NCBI RefSeq assembly: GCF_002113885.1
Contig: NW_018406415.1
Coordinates: forward strand, 1,707,038-1,771,037
From: Mizuhopecten yessoensis
Lineage: Eukaryota
DNA: 64,000 bases
Direction: 5' to 3'
This document shows positions 11,119 through 24,619 of this stretch, piece by piece; the first letter of the stretch is position 1; the number at the start of each line of letters is the position of its first letter. Both the position numbers and the translations under genes were made by a program. A model generated the notes under the pieces. The model did no database searches and had not been told where the DNA came from. It saw only the letters and a list, made by a program, of their open reading frames with translations.

Positions 11119-14100
11119 TCAGTATTTTGGCGGTGGACCTGTGTAGGGAGGAGGGTCAGTAGGCCCTAGATCACCGGATTGTAGTACGTAACCAGGAGGG
11201 GCCGCGGATGGAGGTCGATAGGGAGGGGCTGGCCCAGTGGGTAGGGCATGAGGCATGCTCTGGTAACTGGAGTAAGGTGGTGGCATTGCCATCATCCCGG
11301 GTGTCTGAACTGTAAAGAGAATGGCACAGAAACATAGTTATCGAATAGTGGTATGAAACTGAATTATAGAAATCTGATTCTATATTATTGTATAGTGTTA
11401 CGAATTTGATTTACAACAAATGTGGTTTCTGTTTAAAAGTATACTGTAACGATTACATATTATATCTCTCGGTTAGTTGCGATGAAAGTAATGAAATCTC
11501 CCCACATATCCCCAAAATATAAATAAACTAGCAAATGCCTGTAAGGCATACAACGGGCCTGCTCATGGATCCGGATGGGACGGGACGGGACGGGACGCGA
11601 CAGGACGAGACGGGACGCTACGCGACAGGACGAGACGGGACGCGTAGGGGCGGGACGGACATTGGCGACACTATATGCCCCCCCCCCCCCTCCCCTATTT
11701 TAGTGCGGGGGCATGAAAATAAACTTTATTTTACAACAATAATGAAACAAGTTATTTCAACTTATGTTAATTAATCTTGTTAGCCTTGATGTTAGCGCGC
11801 AGGTGTATTACTGTTGGAGGAAACCGGAGTACCTGGAGAAAATCCACGTGGTCGGTCAGGTGCCCCATACCTTTTCACTTCCGATCGGGGAATCGAACCC
11901 TTGCCGCCTTGGTGAAAGACAATTGCGGTACCCACTGCACCACCCAACCGACCAAAATATTCCCCTCTTCGTGGAAATAGCAATTTCGTTTCCGTATACT
12001 TACTGATTGTAATGTTCCCCGATGTAACTTGGGGCTGGGATTGTAGGGGTCGTACCACCCTCCTCGATCGGAAGTAATGAGACTTTAAACAACACGCCAA
12101 AATTCCGATTATCACTGCAATACATATCACTCCGCCCACAATCGCTCCTGCCTTAGTTCCATCACTGAAATCAACAAAACGTGGTAATTCAAGAAGTGTA
12201 TATTGTCGTTCATTTAATTTATAAATCATATAACATCTGCTTAAAGCTTTCCTTTGTAAAAATATATACAGAAGATAATATTAACAGACTTGATATTCTC
12301 CTCTTACATAACTCAACGTTCATACGTTGATATATATATTTATGTATAGAAAATAAAACGCCGTAGACTAAATCTCGCTATTAAATCGCCAACGTGGCGA
12401 TAGACAAATACTGACAGTGTAAGGGTTTTACAGCATCGTGCTTCCTATTGTGAGATGCAGTGTTCTCAGATACACGGTAAATAGTTTAATACGTGCTTTG
12501 AGCTGCAATACTATGGCATTGGCAATATTTATGAAATTTACACAGTATTAGGATATTTACGGTATATGGAATAACAAAGAATAAGGGTATTGACTGTTTA
12601 ATGTTTTACAAAGTGTAAGGATATTTACGATATATAGTGTTACATAGTTTATCAGGGTATTTACGGTATATGGTGTTACAAAGTACAAGGATATTTACGG
12701 TATAAGGTGTAACATAGTATAAGAATATTTACGGTATAAGGTGTTACATGGTACAAGGATATTTACGGTATACAATGTTACATAGTGTATCAGGGTATTT
12801 ACAGTATATTGTGTTACAAAGTATAAGGATATTTACGGTATAAGATGTTACATAGTATAAGGATACATGGTACAAGGATATTTACGGTATAAGATGTTAC
12901 ATAGGATAAGGATATATACGATGTAAAGTGTTACATGGTACAGGGTTATTTGCGGTATAAGATGTTACATAGTATAAGGATATATACGATATACGTGTAA
13001 CATGGTACAAGGCTATTTACGGTATAAGATGTTACATAGTATAAGGATATATACGATGTATAGTGTTACATGGTACAAGGCTATTTACGGTATAAGATGT
13101 TACATAGTATAAGGATATATACGATGTATAGTGTTACATGGAAACAGGCTATTTACGGTATAAGATGTTATTTATATACTTACTAGGAACAACAGTATCT
13201 GTTTTGAGAGTAACCACAACAGGAAGTATCACAGTAGTTGTATCCGGTCTCGTGCCTGCGATATTTGTAGCTGTAGTAACTATAGTAACAGTAATCCCAG
13301 CCGTAACTCACTGAAAGTAAAAAAAAAAAAACCTCAAAATCATGTAATATCTAAAGAGTTCCACTTATTAACCTCTAACGCTATGGTTTACCTCTGCTAC
13401 CAAGGGCAGTAAATATATACGTGCGAAGATCAATGACTCCTATCGTATGGTTACAGCACAAATCAGCGATGTCAAATCGATAGTGTTTATTCTGTATAGA
13501 CTTTATGCATGTATGTATTAACGGTACATATTACCTGCCTAGATTTCATATTACCCTGGTCTCTAGTCCAGGTAGATGTCTAGTGTGGGACATATATCTG
13601 TCAAAATGTCTCAGTCTGGTGTCAGGGCCAGAGGTAAACTCGGGCTACCTGCTCTCGGGCTCAGGAATTATGAACACAAGCATGGATGAAATATGAGACC
13701 ATGGTTTCTGCATACACTTAACATCTCTTTTAATATAGTACAATGTCGATAGTTCTATCTACGCATTGTAATACTACTTTTGCGACCATCTGCAGTATTA
13801 TTATTTTTTTATTTCCTCCAAATTGAAGAGTTACAAAAATGTACAGTGTAGTCAAAATACAAATCAAATATTATTAATTGATACTTAAATGCACATAAAT
13901 ACATCAGTTAACTACAGAGATGAAGAGAGAAGTTAATAAATCTTGAATTAGTTTAGTAAGTACAGAAAGAATGGTCTCGTTAACAGCAAATTATACAAAA
14001 ATAGAATGCCTGATAAAAAATAGTAATTAGGTAGACATTGCTATTGTACGTACATTTGTACGTGTTATTTCATTATTAACGCTGATACAACAGCAACATT

Positions 14101-17100
14101 TTGTCAATAAAAATAGCACTATGCAGTACAAAGGTTACATAATCAGATGAGCTTAATATGTTGGGAAGGCTACCTACCCCCAAGTAATATATGAATTAAA
14201 TCATAATCAGACAAAGTGTATAAGAACACGCTAAATTCTATATCAAAAGCCGTACTAATAAGTCTGAAGCATCACTAGGGAAGGGCAATCATTTCTTAAA
14301 TAAATGAGGTTGGTCGAGCCCTGAGGCCCGGGGGGCGGGGCCCTGAAAGGGAACTTAGCTATATTTGCTTTAAAACGCATCTCCTCCTAAACGCCAGAGA
14401 AGATTTCAACCAAATTTGCTCTGAAACTTCATTGGGGGAGGGCAATCATTTCCTTAATAAATAAGACTGGTTTGACCCCTGGGGCTAGGAAGACCGGGCC
14501 CCAAAGAGGAAAATTATCTAATATTTTGCTTTAAGACGCTAATATCCCCTAATTGCCTGCAAACATTTCTTAATTGATTGAGGTTGATTTGACCCCTGCG
14601 GTCCTAAGAATTGGTACAGCTAGATTATCATATTCTATGGTGTAGTTTTTATAAATTGTTAAAAATTGGTTTCTAGGTTTATAAAAGCTTATAGTTTATT
14701 GAAAATTAAAGTATTGTCTAATTACACCCTGTAATATGACATATTACTTATTTCAAAATCTGTTCACATGGCAACTCAATGGAGGCCACTGATTAGTTGA
14801 AAGTCAGATATTGTGGTCCCAGTTGGGTTAGAACATATATCTTGTCTGAATTTGAGCAAATTTCATATAAAGATGTACTAATGCATTCAGTTGTAATGAC
14901 TTAAATATAAAACCAGATGAGCGATACAGGTCCAATGGACCTCTTGTTACAAAGTTACTACATATATATATGTCATAGTAATATATATATAATATCCAGA
15001 CTGTACAACAATAGAGGTCTTCAGTAGATTTTAATCATTCAATTATTATATTATAATCTCTTAAATCGTTCAGTACCATTTACAATGTATATAGTATTGG
15101 ACATTAGTTTAAATAAGTTCATTAATATCATACGCCAGGGTATTATCACCTGAGGTTAACAGAGTTCAATTAGAATAACCAATACGGTCATGAAATTCAT
15201 GAATTAAATACCAAGAATTAGAGTAATTGGGACAATTCTGGCATTACAATGCTTTTATCATGTAATTTCAAAAGTAATACGCTCGTATCGAACTCAAGCC
15301 AAGGTGTCTATGCTAGGAGTCGAACCCGGATCTACATATTTCTAGTCCAGTGCTTAAGTGACTGAGCTGGGCCAATAAATGTTTCTGCACTTCGAGAAAC
15401 ATGTAATAGGTATACAGTGTATTTAAAAAAAAAATGCGGAATGACGCGGCGTTCTGATTTAAATCCGTTTTAAATGTCAACCTTATTTCATACTTCATTA
15501 CATAAAAGGAAATTTTATAAAGTGTTACTCGAACCGGAATAGTATTTTTTAACTGCTGACGATGTTTGTACTGACATCACCGGTAAGTATTTACATGGTT
15601 TCTATGGATACGGGTAAACAAATCGTGTCACAGTGGTACAGGAATATATACGTTATTTTTATTCTGCATATCGTTTTCATTCAACATTATTTGATTGACT
15701 CTAGTTCCATATCATCAAATATTTAACAAATAGTTTATGGGGGTATCAATGACAGCCTTATAAATATTTAAAACATAGTCTTATTGTGTTTAACGTGTGC
15801 TAGATTTTTTCTTTAAAACGTTCATCTATACTTAAATTTCAAATTACCTTATTTATTATGTTACAAATGTGTTTAAAAGTTTAAAAAGTGGTCGGACATA
15901 TGTGTACCATCCTCGCAATCCACGGTTTATATATTTTAATATAGGTATCGAGACCGGACCCTTGAGTTTCGAAGATGGGTGTGTTTAAGACCTGGGGTTA
16001 TGCACTAGTCCCTTTAGTTGAGCGTTCGCCCCTGTGAGGAAGGCTTTGGTTTCTGTCCCCTGGCCGAAACATTCTAGAGTCTGTAAAAATGGAAGTTTCT
16101 ACTCCAGCTTAACGCTCAGCAATTTAGGAGTGGGACGACTGGTTCGCCCGTTGTCAGTATAATGTGACCGGGTGGGATGTCCTACCGGATGTCTTCGGCA
16201 GTATGTTTCAGTGAGGTAGCACTATAAAGTCGGCATCAGTTCCGCGCTATCACAAGGAGACAAACACAAACATATCACAGCCTCCCAAAACACACACGCA
16301 TACACTACACGCATGCATCTTGCACACATGGGAGGCCGTCCTTAAATGACCATAGCTGTTGATAAGACGTTAAACAATGCTAAACCAAACTAAAATCTGT
16401 ACTAAAGTATGTCTTTCTGCCCAGCTGGTTCTATAAAGGGTCAATAACTGATAACTAAATATACAACGTAACAGCAAGTGTGTACGTTACCCGGAGGGTC
16501 TTTATCTGACCGTTCTCAGTGGGAAAAGATTAATTGAAATTCTTGTCCAAAATAATATTAGATGTTTACATCGTTTCCTCGAAGAACTGTAGACATGCAT
16601 GTGACCGTTATTTGTACAACAATATTGAAGATAAACATCAAAAATTTATACAATTGCAGAAACTTACAGCTATTACGACATATATTTGTCCACATGTACT
16701 TGTGACGTGTACACAAGTTTACTAGTATAGATAAGCGGCGTTTACACGCACACATACCTAAAACTCTATTGAAAACAGATATATATTCCATGATAAGTTT
16801 CTAGAGAGCTGGGATATTGACTATGTGTAAAACTCTTCAAAATTAGTTTAAGAACAAAATATATAAATAAAGAATTATCAAATATTAAATGAATAGTGTA
16901 ATGAATTTTAAAAGACAAAAATATTGAAGGAAAAACGTGAATAATATTAAATATAAAGTAAATCCGCCATTATACAGTCACAGATCACTTATCTGCATTT
17001 TGTTTACACTTGTAAAAAATGTTTATATATCTCCAGGTATGTGATGTGTTATTTTTTTTTTACAAAACTTTGTTTGCCTCTCCCCCCGTCATNGATGGAG

Positions 17101-17255
17101 GAAGAAAATGACGGGGGGAGGGGCAAACAAAGTTTTGTAAAAAAATAATATTAGATGTTTACAGCTGTCATGCGGAAACATGACAGCTCCCCTTTATGCA
17201 TGTTGTACATACCTGATGCAAGACTGAGTAAAATAAAGAGGATTTCCAGCGCCAT
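11119..17255 (-). CDS. CYYR1/Shisa-like cysteine- and tyrosine-rich single-pass membrane protein (~173 aa, 4 exons)
   Basis: Exons 17255-17213, 13310-13184, 12164-12004, 11309-11119; all GT-AG with consistent phases (522 nt). Signal peptide MALEILFILLSLASVSYG. Ectodomain DYCYYSYYSYKY...YCDTSCCGYSQNRYCC. TM AGAIVGGVICIAVIIGILACCL. Pro-rich tail with PPPY x2, PPGY and PPKY. Confidence 0.88.
11525..11718. mobile_element. Short Helentron-associated (HINE/pearl-like) element with GGGAC microsatellite
   Basis: AAACTAG end with short hairpin ATGCCTGTAAGGCAT, a (GGGAC)n tract at 11576-11660, and terminal inverted motif ATGCCCCC...GGGGGCAT followed by an A-run. Confidence 0.6.
11719..11953 (-). mobile_element. 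tRNA-derived SINE, family A
   Basis: Homologous to 1657-1901. Intact B-box GGTTCGATTCCC on the minus strand. Confidence 0.8.
12540..13170. repeat. Intronic 34-bp minisatellite with 68-bp higher-order dimers
   Basis: CATAGTATAAGGATATATACGATGTATAGTGTTA alternates with CATGGTACAAGGCTATTTACGGTATAAGATGTTA. GGCT variants recur at 13011, 13079 and 13147. Confidence 0.9.
14250..14948 (+). mobile_element. Helentron-associated element (HINE-like) with degenerate internal ~160-bp repeats
   Basis: Repeated AGGGCAATCATTTC...GACCCCTG units. Terminal GATGAGCGATACAGGTCCAATGGACCTCTTGTT palindrome. The 5' boundary is uncertain. Confidence 0.6.
16011..16395 (+). mobile_element. SINE family B (Meta/Deu-domain type)
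   Basis: Core GGGACGACTGGTTCGCCCGTTGTCAGTATAATGTGAC...CAGTGAGGTAGCACTATAAAG, CA-rich tract and AAAC tail. Copies at 42237(-), 49140(+) and a 3' fragment at ~22340. Confidence 0.8.
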
Positions 17256-19794
17256 GTTTAATCCTCTTGTCGTACTTCTGTAGACTTTGGAACACACAAA
17301 TTCATATTTGTAAATAAAGTTTGTTTTTTTATGAAACGCGAATCAGCGTGACTAAGTAAGCTTTACATAGTGACGAGTATGCCGTCAATGGCCAACACGG
17401 TTTGTGTTTATTACCAGTATATATATGTGTGTATTTATGTCTAGGTAAACAAACCTTTAAAGCCAGAACAAGCCCGGGCACATAAAGTCTGGCAGATCGA
17501 TATGATTTGTTGTTCGAGAGCTCGTTGAATAGGTGCCTTGTTGAACATAAAGCTTTTACCTTTAAACTGTAAACTTTACCTGTGTCGATCTTATCATGCT
17601 AGACGGTCGATCGTTGTTGAGTTTCTTCCACAAATAAGTTAAAAGGACAGGGTTGTGTTAAAGGAATGACATTTTCATTTGTGCAATTACTTTATAAAAT
17701 ACTTTTTGCACCGTTTGAATACGACAATACCTTAATGCAAATTTATAGACGCTGTGCACGAAACAGCTACTGTGTCTGGGTGATTTTAATATCGATAGTT
17801 ATTCTGGCGTGCAATTACGTATTTAATTTTATTGTGAGGTATTACTTTGGATTATAGATTGTCTTTTGATGTTTATTGTGATGCAAAAGTTAAGTGAATG
17901 TTCTGTTATAGGTGATACAGGTCAATGACATGCAGGTATTCGAAAGATCAAATGGGACAAGAACGGATTCCAAGTGATTTTGGTGATATTATATTTCAAA
18001 ATTGGCTAAATATAAAGTGAATGAACGATGCATCATGAAACTTCTTCTCTCTCTCTCTCTCTTTCTACATGTAAATAATATATATATAACATACACGCAT
18101 ACATATATATACATGTGAACAACTTTATATTACCATATATAATGTTTGTATGTAACACTATTTACTTAAATGAATGAACATCATAAATATTGTAAAATCA
18201 GCAAAATGTTACATTACTACAACTTACTATTGGCCAATGTTGAGTGCAAATGCCGAACTATTCATTAACTTTTTAAATTTATTTCACTTTTTGTATTTCC
18301 GGAAAGTTGACGTGATTTCTGGAACTCAGATGTTATATTTTGCTACGAAATTAAAGAACAGGGGAATTTATATCTTTCAATCAATGAAGTATTTCTGGGA
18401 GTTATTCTTATTATAGTAACAATAATATAATATTTTATTTTAATTTCTATAGTACCATATTTTGCAAAATGTGCACTTTATTCAAAAGATAGAAAAATGT
18501 AACAAGGGAGGTAACTCTAACAAAATGAACGGAGTCAAGTGTACTGTAGAACAGATTACGAGCAACATTCACTAAACTACATGCTTATAACTCCATTTCT
18601 GTTGGAGAGAAATGCAAAATTAATAAATAGATTGAGTCAGTGATGTGTTGCTTCCTATTAATATTTAAAGTTACCCCCCCCCATTTTTTAACGAAGTCTG
18701 CAAGCATAATTATAACCCTGTTAGTGTAAAAAGAACTCGGAAGAACATTTTCGTTAATGTAGGCTTTAGTTTGGTATGTTAGCCAAGTACAAATACACTT
18801 TCTGAGTACCGAATGCCACCAGTATCGACTGGGGGATTTGCTTTTTACTGAATGTGCCAAAAAACAAAATTGTTCATTCATCGAGGCATTTTGTTTTGTA
18901 ATTTCATATTTCCTCACTCCCGACCTTCTAGGAGTCGGTAAACATCTTTGGTTATCGTCTAGTGGGTAACACCCTGGAGGTTATTTCATCTGTCAATCTT
19001 CTAACTATTACGTCAAGTAACAATGCTTTGGGATGTCATAGTTTATGACAATTGTTTTTCCACGATCGGAAACAGGAATAATTTAATCACACAAGAAACG
19101 CTTGAACGTCGAGGAAGAAAAAGGTCCCCAAAATCGCGATGGTTGAATATCATGTTTATCTAATTCTCGTTAAAATACTTTCAAATTGTTAACGACACTC
19201 AATAAACCCCCTGTCTTTATAGATTTTGAAAAGTTTAGCTAACTCGAGTTCGATAAACATGCGAACTAACCATCATTCGTAAGGTAACCTCTATGCCCAA
19301 AATTATAGTTAAGACGTGGAGTTTAAATGAATGTAACTTCTCCTCCAGCCAAATTAGACGTTGAAATCAGAATCGCTTCTTCTACTTTTGCTTGCATACT
19401 CTTTCATGCAATGACTTAATTGAGCACCATGTTCTAAAACATTTGCCCGTTGGTGTTGGAAGTTGTATTAAATTGCACAAGCGCTTCCAGCAATGTGCAA
19501 TATAACATGAAGTCAACAACCGGTACCTCGGGTAAAACAAATTTGACTACAAGTATAACGATAGTGAGTCTTCATATACATAAGGTCATATTACCCTACA
19601 GGATATTAAGAAAAAACATAATCGGAAACATGTTGCTTGTAGGTATATAAGATATTATTGATTATCTAATTTTTTTGTATTTCATTTGACACCAATGGGC
19701 TTCCGTAAAATATTTATTTTACAATAATTATGAAACAAATCATTTTAACTTATGTTAATCACTCTTTTTTGTCCGGATGATAGCGCGCGGGGGN

Positions 19795-19837
<43 letters not shown>

Positions 19838-20531
19838 CCAAATTGCTTAAGTAAGCTTACGACTCGGATCCGACTATACTTTCTGAACCCTTTAGAGAAT
19901 CCTCTGGAAAGCAGCCTTTACTTCTTTCAATAACAGACCTTTTTGGACAGAACATTGTCCACACACAATTATTTATACAGACAAATGCGGTCGTTAATGG
20001 TATTTACAATTGTTCTCAGTGCAGTTGTGCTTAGCAAACACACGCACCAGGGTCACATTTTTCATGGTGTGTCGGGACGGTAACGACTATTTTTATTGAT
20101 TTATTGTGGTACATGTATTTCTAGTTTGCATGAACTAATGTCAACATACAACCACGAAAAGAAGACGGTTAATGAGAAAGTTATCACGCCAATCGGACAA
20201 TGCTATCGGCAAAAAAAACGTACTGACATAAACAAATTCATCGTCTCGTCAGTCTTAGACAGCAAACGAGCCCTGGACAAAGACTGATGCGTGTCAACAA
20301 CATAAGTTAAGGATCCCTGTCCAACTGACGGTAAAACAAAAGAGAATTCCACTGTACAATCCTCGATGCGTAGTTTAAGTGTATAGGCAGTGGTTCGCGG
20401 ATCTTTAAGTCTTCAACCACACAAAGGGGTTCTCCTTAACTGAACAATCAAGCATGTCTCATTTGACCATTGCCTTTTCGTGAGCACACATCGGCCATTC
20501 AGTATACCAAGCAATACACTTGGAAGCAATA

Positions 20532-23500
20532 ATGGAATTCCGAACGAAATCATTTTATTGCTCAGCGGTTTTTTTCTTTATCAAATTGTGCACGGGACAG
20601 CACAGCCAGCCATGCTTGGTCAATCAATTGAAAATGCAGGAGAACTTCACTATGGATGCTTTCCAAGGGGAATGGTATGTGATATCCATGCGAAACCAAA
20701 GAACGGCACAGAATGGTGCGGGTTTATTGGATTCCAATATACGACACCGGTATTCGATGGGATCCTATGGAACACTCACCTTTGAAACAAGTAAGTAAGG
20801 GAGAACATTAAAGAGCTATGGCGGAAAACTGCCCATATTTCCCTAAGTCGGCATTTATGAAAACGGAAAAAAATATTAATGAGTAAATAATTTCTAGCAG
20901 CGAAAATGCATAGAATCGATATAAAACCAATTGAATATGAATTTTCGAACTGCTGAGATATTAGGTATTGTTAATATGATACTGCAAATATAGACATACT
21001 CACTATATCTATGAAAGTGATGGGGTTTCCCAGACTTAAAAAAAAAATACTTTCAAATACGGGAAAATTCATCGTTGTAGACAGTCTCGTTTGTTTGAAA
21101 TGCAGGAAGACTGCAGCACAAATTAAGGATCGCAATACACGTGTAAGACATGCTATTCGAAAATGATATACATCATTTTGCCATTGATAGGTGCAAGAAA
21201 AACAAAATCAAGATGTGTGTTTTGTAAGAAAGCAGGTAACGTCATGACCTTGAATTCGTCTGTTTACATTAATCTATTATTACACGGTGACACGCGAGCA
21301 CTAGCGGTCTCAGGGTTGGGGAAATAGGCATAGCAACCCGCCATAGCTCTTCGATAATATAAACTTTATTTATTTTACAACAATTTCGAAACAAGTTTCA
21401 CAGCTGAGTACCCGGAGAAAATCCACGTGTTCGGGCAGATGACATACCACAAACCTTTTCAAGTCTGATCGGGGACTCGAGCCCCAGCCGCCTTGGCGAA
21501 AGGCAAGTGCGCTGTTCACAGCGCAACCCGATCACCCCCAATTTCTATCAAATACATTTCAATATGCTGACGCTGTTATTTTGTGTTGTTTCTATTTTGA
21601 ATAATTTGTTTAACTTACATTTCGGCTGTGCAACAATTAGATACTCTTGAAAGGAACACGTATAAAGTTATTAACCAATTACTACAAAAAACTTTAAAAC
21701 TGTACACATGAATATTTTCTATTCAGAAACCGTTTGGGTCTGTCTTCCCTCTTATTTCAGGGGTAAACGGGAACGTTTGATTTCCGAGTACACTAAAAGT
21801 AAACGTGACTTAAAACTAAAGTTTTTACGATATTAAGCTACTTAAATATTCTCTCAAAAAAAGATGCTTATACTCTTTGTAGGTTAAGAACCAGAAATAG
21901 TAACTTACCTGTAGAAGCCGCAATTAGGAGTAATATACCAAGACATGAACGTATTTGTCAATTGTGTAATGTAAGAGATATCGGAGATGAATTACATTAT
22001 ATATTTGAATGTCCGTCATTAGATAATGAAAGGAAACTTTCTCTATCCTCTATGTTAATTAGACGTCATAGTATATTATCGCTTAAGGTTATAATGTCAT
22101 CTAAAAGAAAAGCATTCCTGAAAAAAATATGTACTTTTATCAAAACAAATAATTCTGTCTGTTCCCCTGCATGAAAGTATTTATTATATGTAACTGCAGT
22201 ACATCTCCGTTTCTATCATACTGTATCCCTCTATATAGCAACGCATGCTAATTACTGTACATGAAATCTTTATATTTATATATCTCAGTATACCATTGCA
22301 ATGCAAAGGTGTTGAGACAAAATAAAATCAATCAACCACCAAAACATGACACGTTCTTAAATGACCATAGCTGTTAATAGGACGTAAAACACAAACAAAC
22401 CAAACCAAAATCTGTTAAAAAAAAAAATAATGTTATATAGTTTATAGCCCCATTTACACTGGTTTGTGTTTATGCTCTATCAAGTTATAAAAAATAAAGA
22501 CGTATTTTGATTATTTCCTACACAAATCGCTTCTTTCTTCTTTACAAAAAAATAGTCATCTTTCATCAGTCAAACTTATCTGCGACCATTTTTTTACAAT
22601 GGAAATTCAAGTATTACATTTGATTTGTTCGGTTTACTGTATCAATACACAAAATGTTTGAGAAGGTGTTCACCTCTTGTTTTTAATGATTATTTATTTG
22701 GATTCTGTATCGACCCACCTTTTTGAAGAGAAACTATCATGCTTATTGTTAAAGTTTGTAAAGTAAAAATTATAGTTGGAGACAGCTAGGAGACAGGTGA
22801 GAGCGAGACAGAACGACAGAGACCGATGCTAACACAAGTGGTTACCAGAATAAACTTCCACCCGAACATCAACACTTTGTTCAAGAAAGAAATAGTATTG
22901 ATACATTTATATAAATCTGTTACCTTTCATTGTATGGGAAAGTGGCATGAATAGGGATGCTTTACATTGGAAGTGAGAAGAGAGTTGAGGAAATGCGGTG
23001 TAAAATATGGTACATGTACAAAATATAATATATTTAGGAATTCGGAGCATATTGTGGTCACGACAAATCTTTCTGTGACGTCGCTTGTATTACTAAGGCT
23101 GAACGTTGACTAACAGACAATTCAAAAAATACGTACAAAGTATATGTATATAAATAAAATCGTTATATATAGACAAGCTGCAATATAATGCGGATTTTAA
23201 ATGCTCATATTTCGTGTTCATTGGGATTATTCTTGGTATTTAATATTGTGTTTCCGGTTTGTTTTTATCTAAACACGTATATACATGTATTGGCGATATT
23301 TGCCGGTGTCATTGCTATACAATTCGGAGCACCAATTCAATATGGCTTGTCAATTTAACTATTATTATTCAAAAGTAATCCTGAGCTTTTTATGAGCTTG
23401 ACTACGATGATAATCAATTCATTTCAAAGTTCAAAATAATTAAAAAACAACCTTTCATCTCCGGGTATTTTTTTGTTTTAGATCTCCAGCGTGTATGGTT

Positions 23501-23900
23501 TGGTTGCACGCGACTTGAAAGCACAGCTATACCGGATCCCTATTCAAATATGACGAAGTTCACGATAATGCAAACCAATGTACCAGTACGACAGCGTTGG
23601 GTCGGTAGGAATCTGTGGATCGTCCGCACCGACTACACAGGGTTCGCCGTCATCTACTCCTGTGATTATGTGCGTATAGACGGAACTTGCGACCAAGCAT
23701 TTGTTTACACTTTGAATAGGAATAGAAACGGACACACACCAGAAGAAATGAGCCAAATCAACGAAGTTATGACGGCAGTCTGCGTGCATCCATCGACTCT
23801 TTTACCCATAGTCCAAAATGGCGGGTGTGCCTTGAGCTCACAAGGAGGCAACCTATGGGGCGGAGCCAGGCAATGGATGAATAGGTGGCGCGGCTTCTGA
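20532..23900 (+). CDS. Secreted lipocalin, retinol-binding protein/purpurin-like (~225 aa, 2 coding exons)
   Basis: Exons 20532-20790 and 23482-23900, joined by a phase-1 GTAAGT...TTTTAG intron (678 nt total). N-terminal hydrophobic leader. Lipocalin motifs FQGEWY (SCR1), WIVRTDYTGFAVIYSC (SCR2) and YTLNR (SCR3). Confidence 0.9.
21358..21538 (-). mobile_element. SINE family A, internally deleted copy in the lipocalin intron
   Basis: Matches both ends of 11719-11953 with the middle missing. Confidence 0.7.
21850..22335 (+). mobile_element. LINE ORF2 3' fragment
   Basis: Translates RLRTRNSNLPVE...RHERICQLCNVRDIGDELHYIFEC (CCHC end of non-LTR ORF2). AATAAA(ATCA)n tail at ~22321. Confidence 0.8.
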
Positions 23901-24619
23901 ATGGGAGCAAATTGGTGACGTAAAAGCTGACGTCATCACGTAAACTATTAAACTGTGACTATTCCTAGTGGCACTCTCAGCCATTTTATATCCGATTTAG
24001 ATGGAGTTTACTCTGGTGCTGGTTTGGGATGTTGGCTTTGCGTATGATAGTATTTATTTTCCGTGTTAATTTACGATCTAACTACAAATATGATTAAATG
24101 TTGAATCACAATCATGTTTTATTTGTCTGTTTAGACTGCACTGAGCATGCCTGTTGATGTATATAACACATCAACTTGTCGTCGTCGTCGTCGTCGTCGT
24201 CTTCGTTGCCGTTGTATGTTGTTGTTATTGCACATTATCGTAAAAAGATCTAAAACCCCGTCAAATAATATAAAATTTCAAAATTTTGGTTATTAAGTGT
24301 TAAACAAACCTAAATTCAGCTCAACGATTTTCTAAGACACTGCTCAAGAAACAATATAATCAGTACTTACGTATTCAATTACAGGACGATATCAAGCGTG
24401 AAATACGTTGCAAGTCGCTGGACATTTCTATGTGCTAAAAAATTCTGTGAACTTAAATAACGTTGCCATTCTGAAATCACCCAAATTGTAAAGACGTAAA
24501 ACAGAAACTCAAAAAGACAGATACGTAACTTAATTTTAATCATCCCTTCGTTTAACAAACACTCACATCTAAATGGTCGAATTTTCCTCAGCCTACACAA
24601 TTAGTTTAAAAAACCTATA

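Noticed and set aside
15305-15375. tRNA gene on the minus strand
   Set aside because: B-box GGTTCGACTCC is present, but the acceptor and D stems do not pair well; more likely a decayed SINE head.
18585-19450. 110-aa ORF or possible retroelement remnant
   Set aside because: No recognisable motif and no splice-consistent model.
19788-19835. Long poly-G run as a G-quadruplex element
   Set aside because: It contains an N and interrupts a SINE fragment; probably a sequencing or gap artefact.
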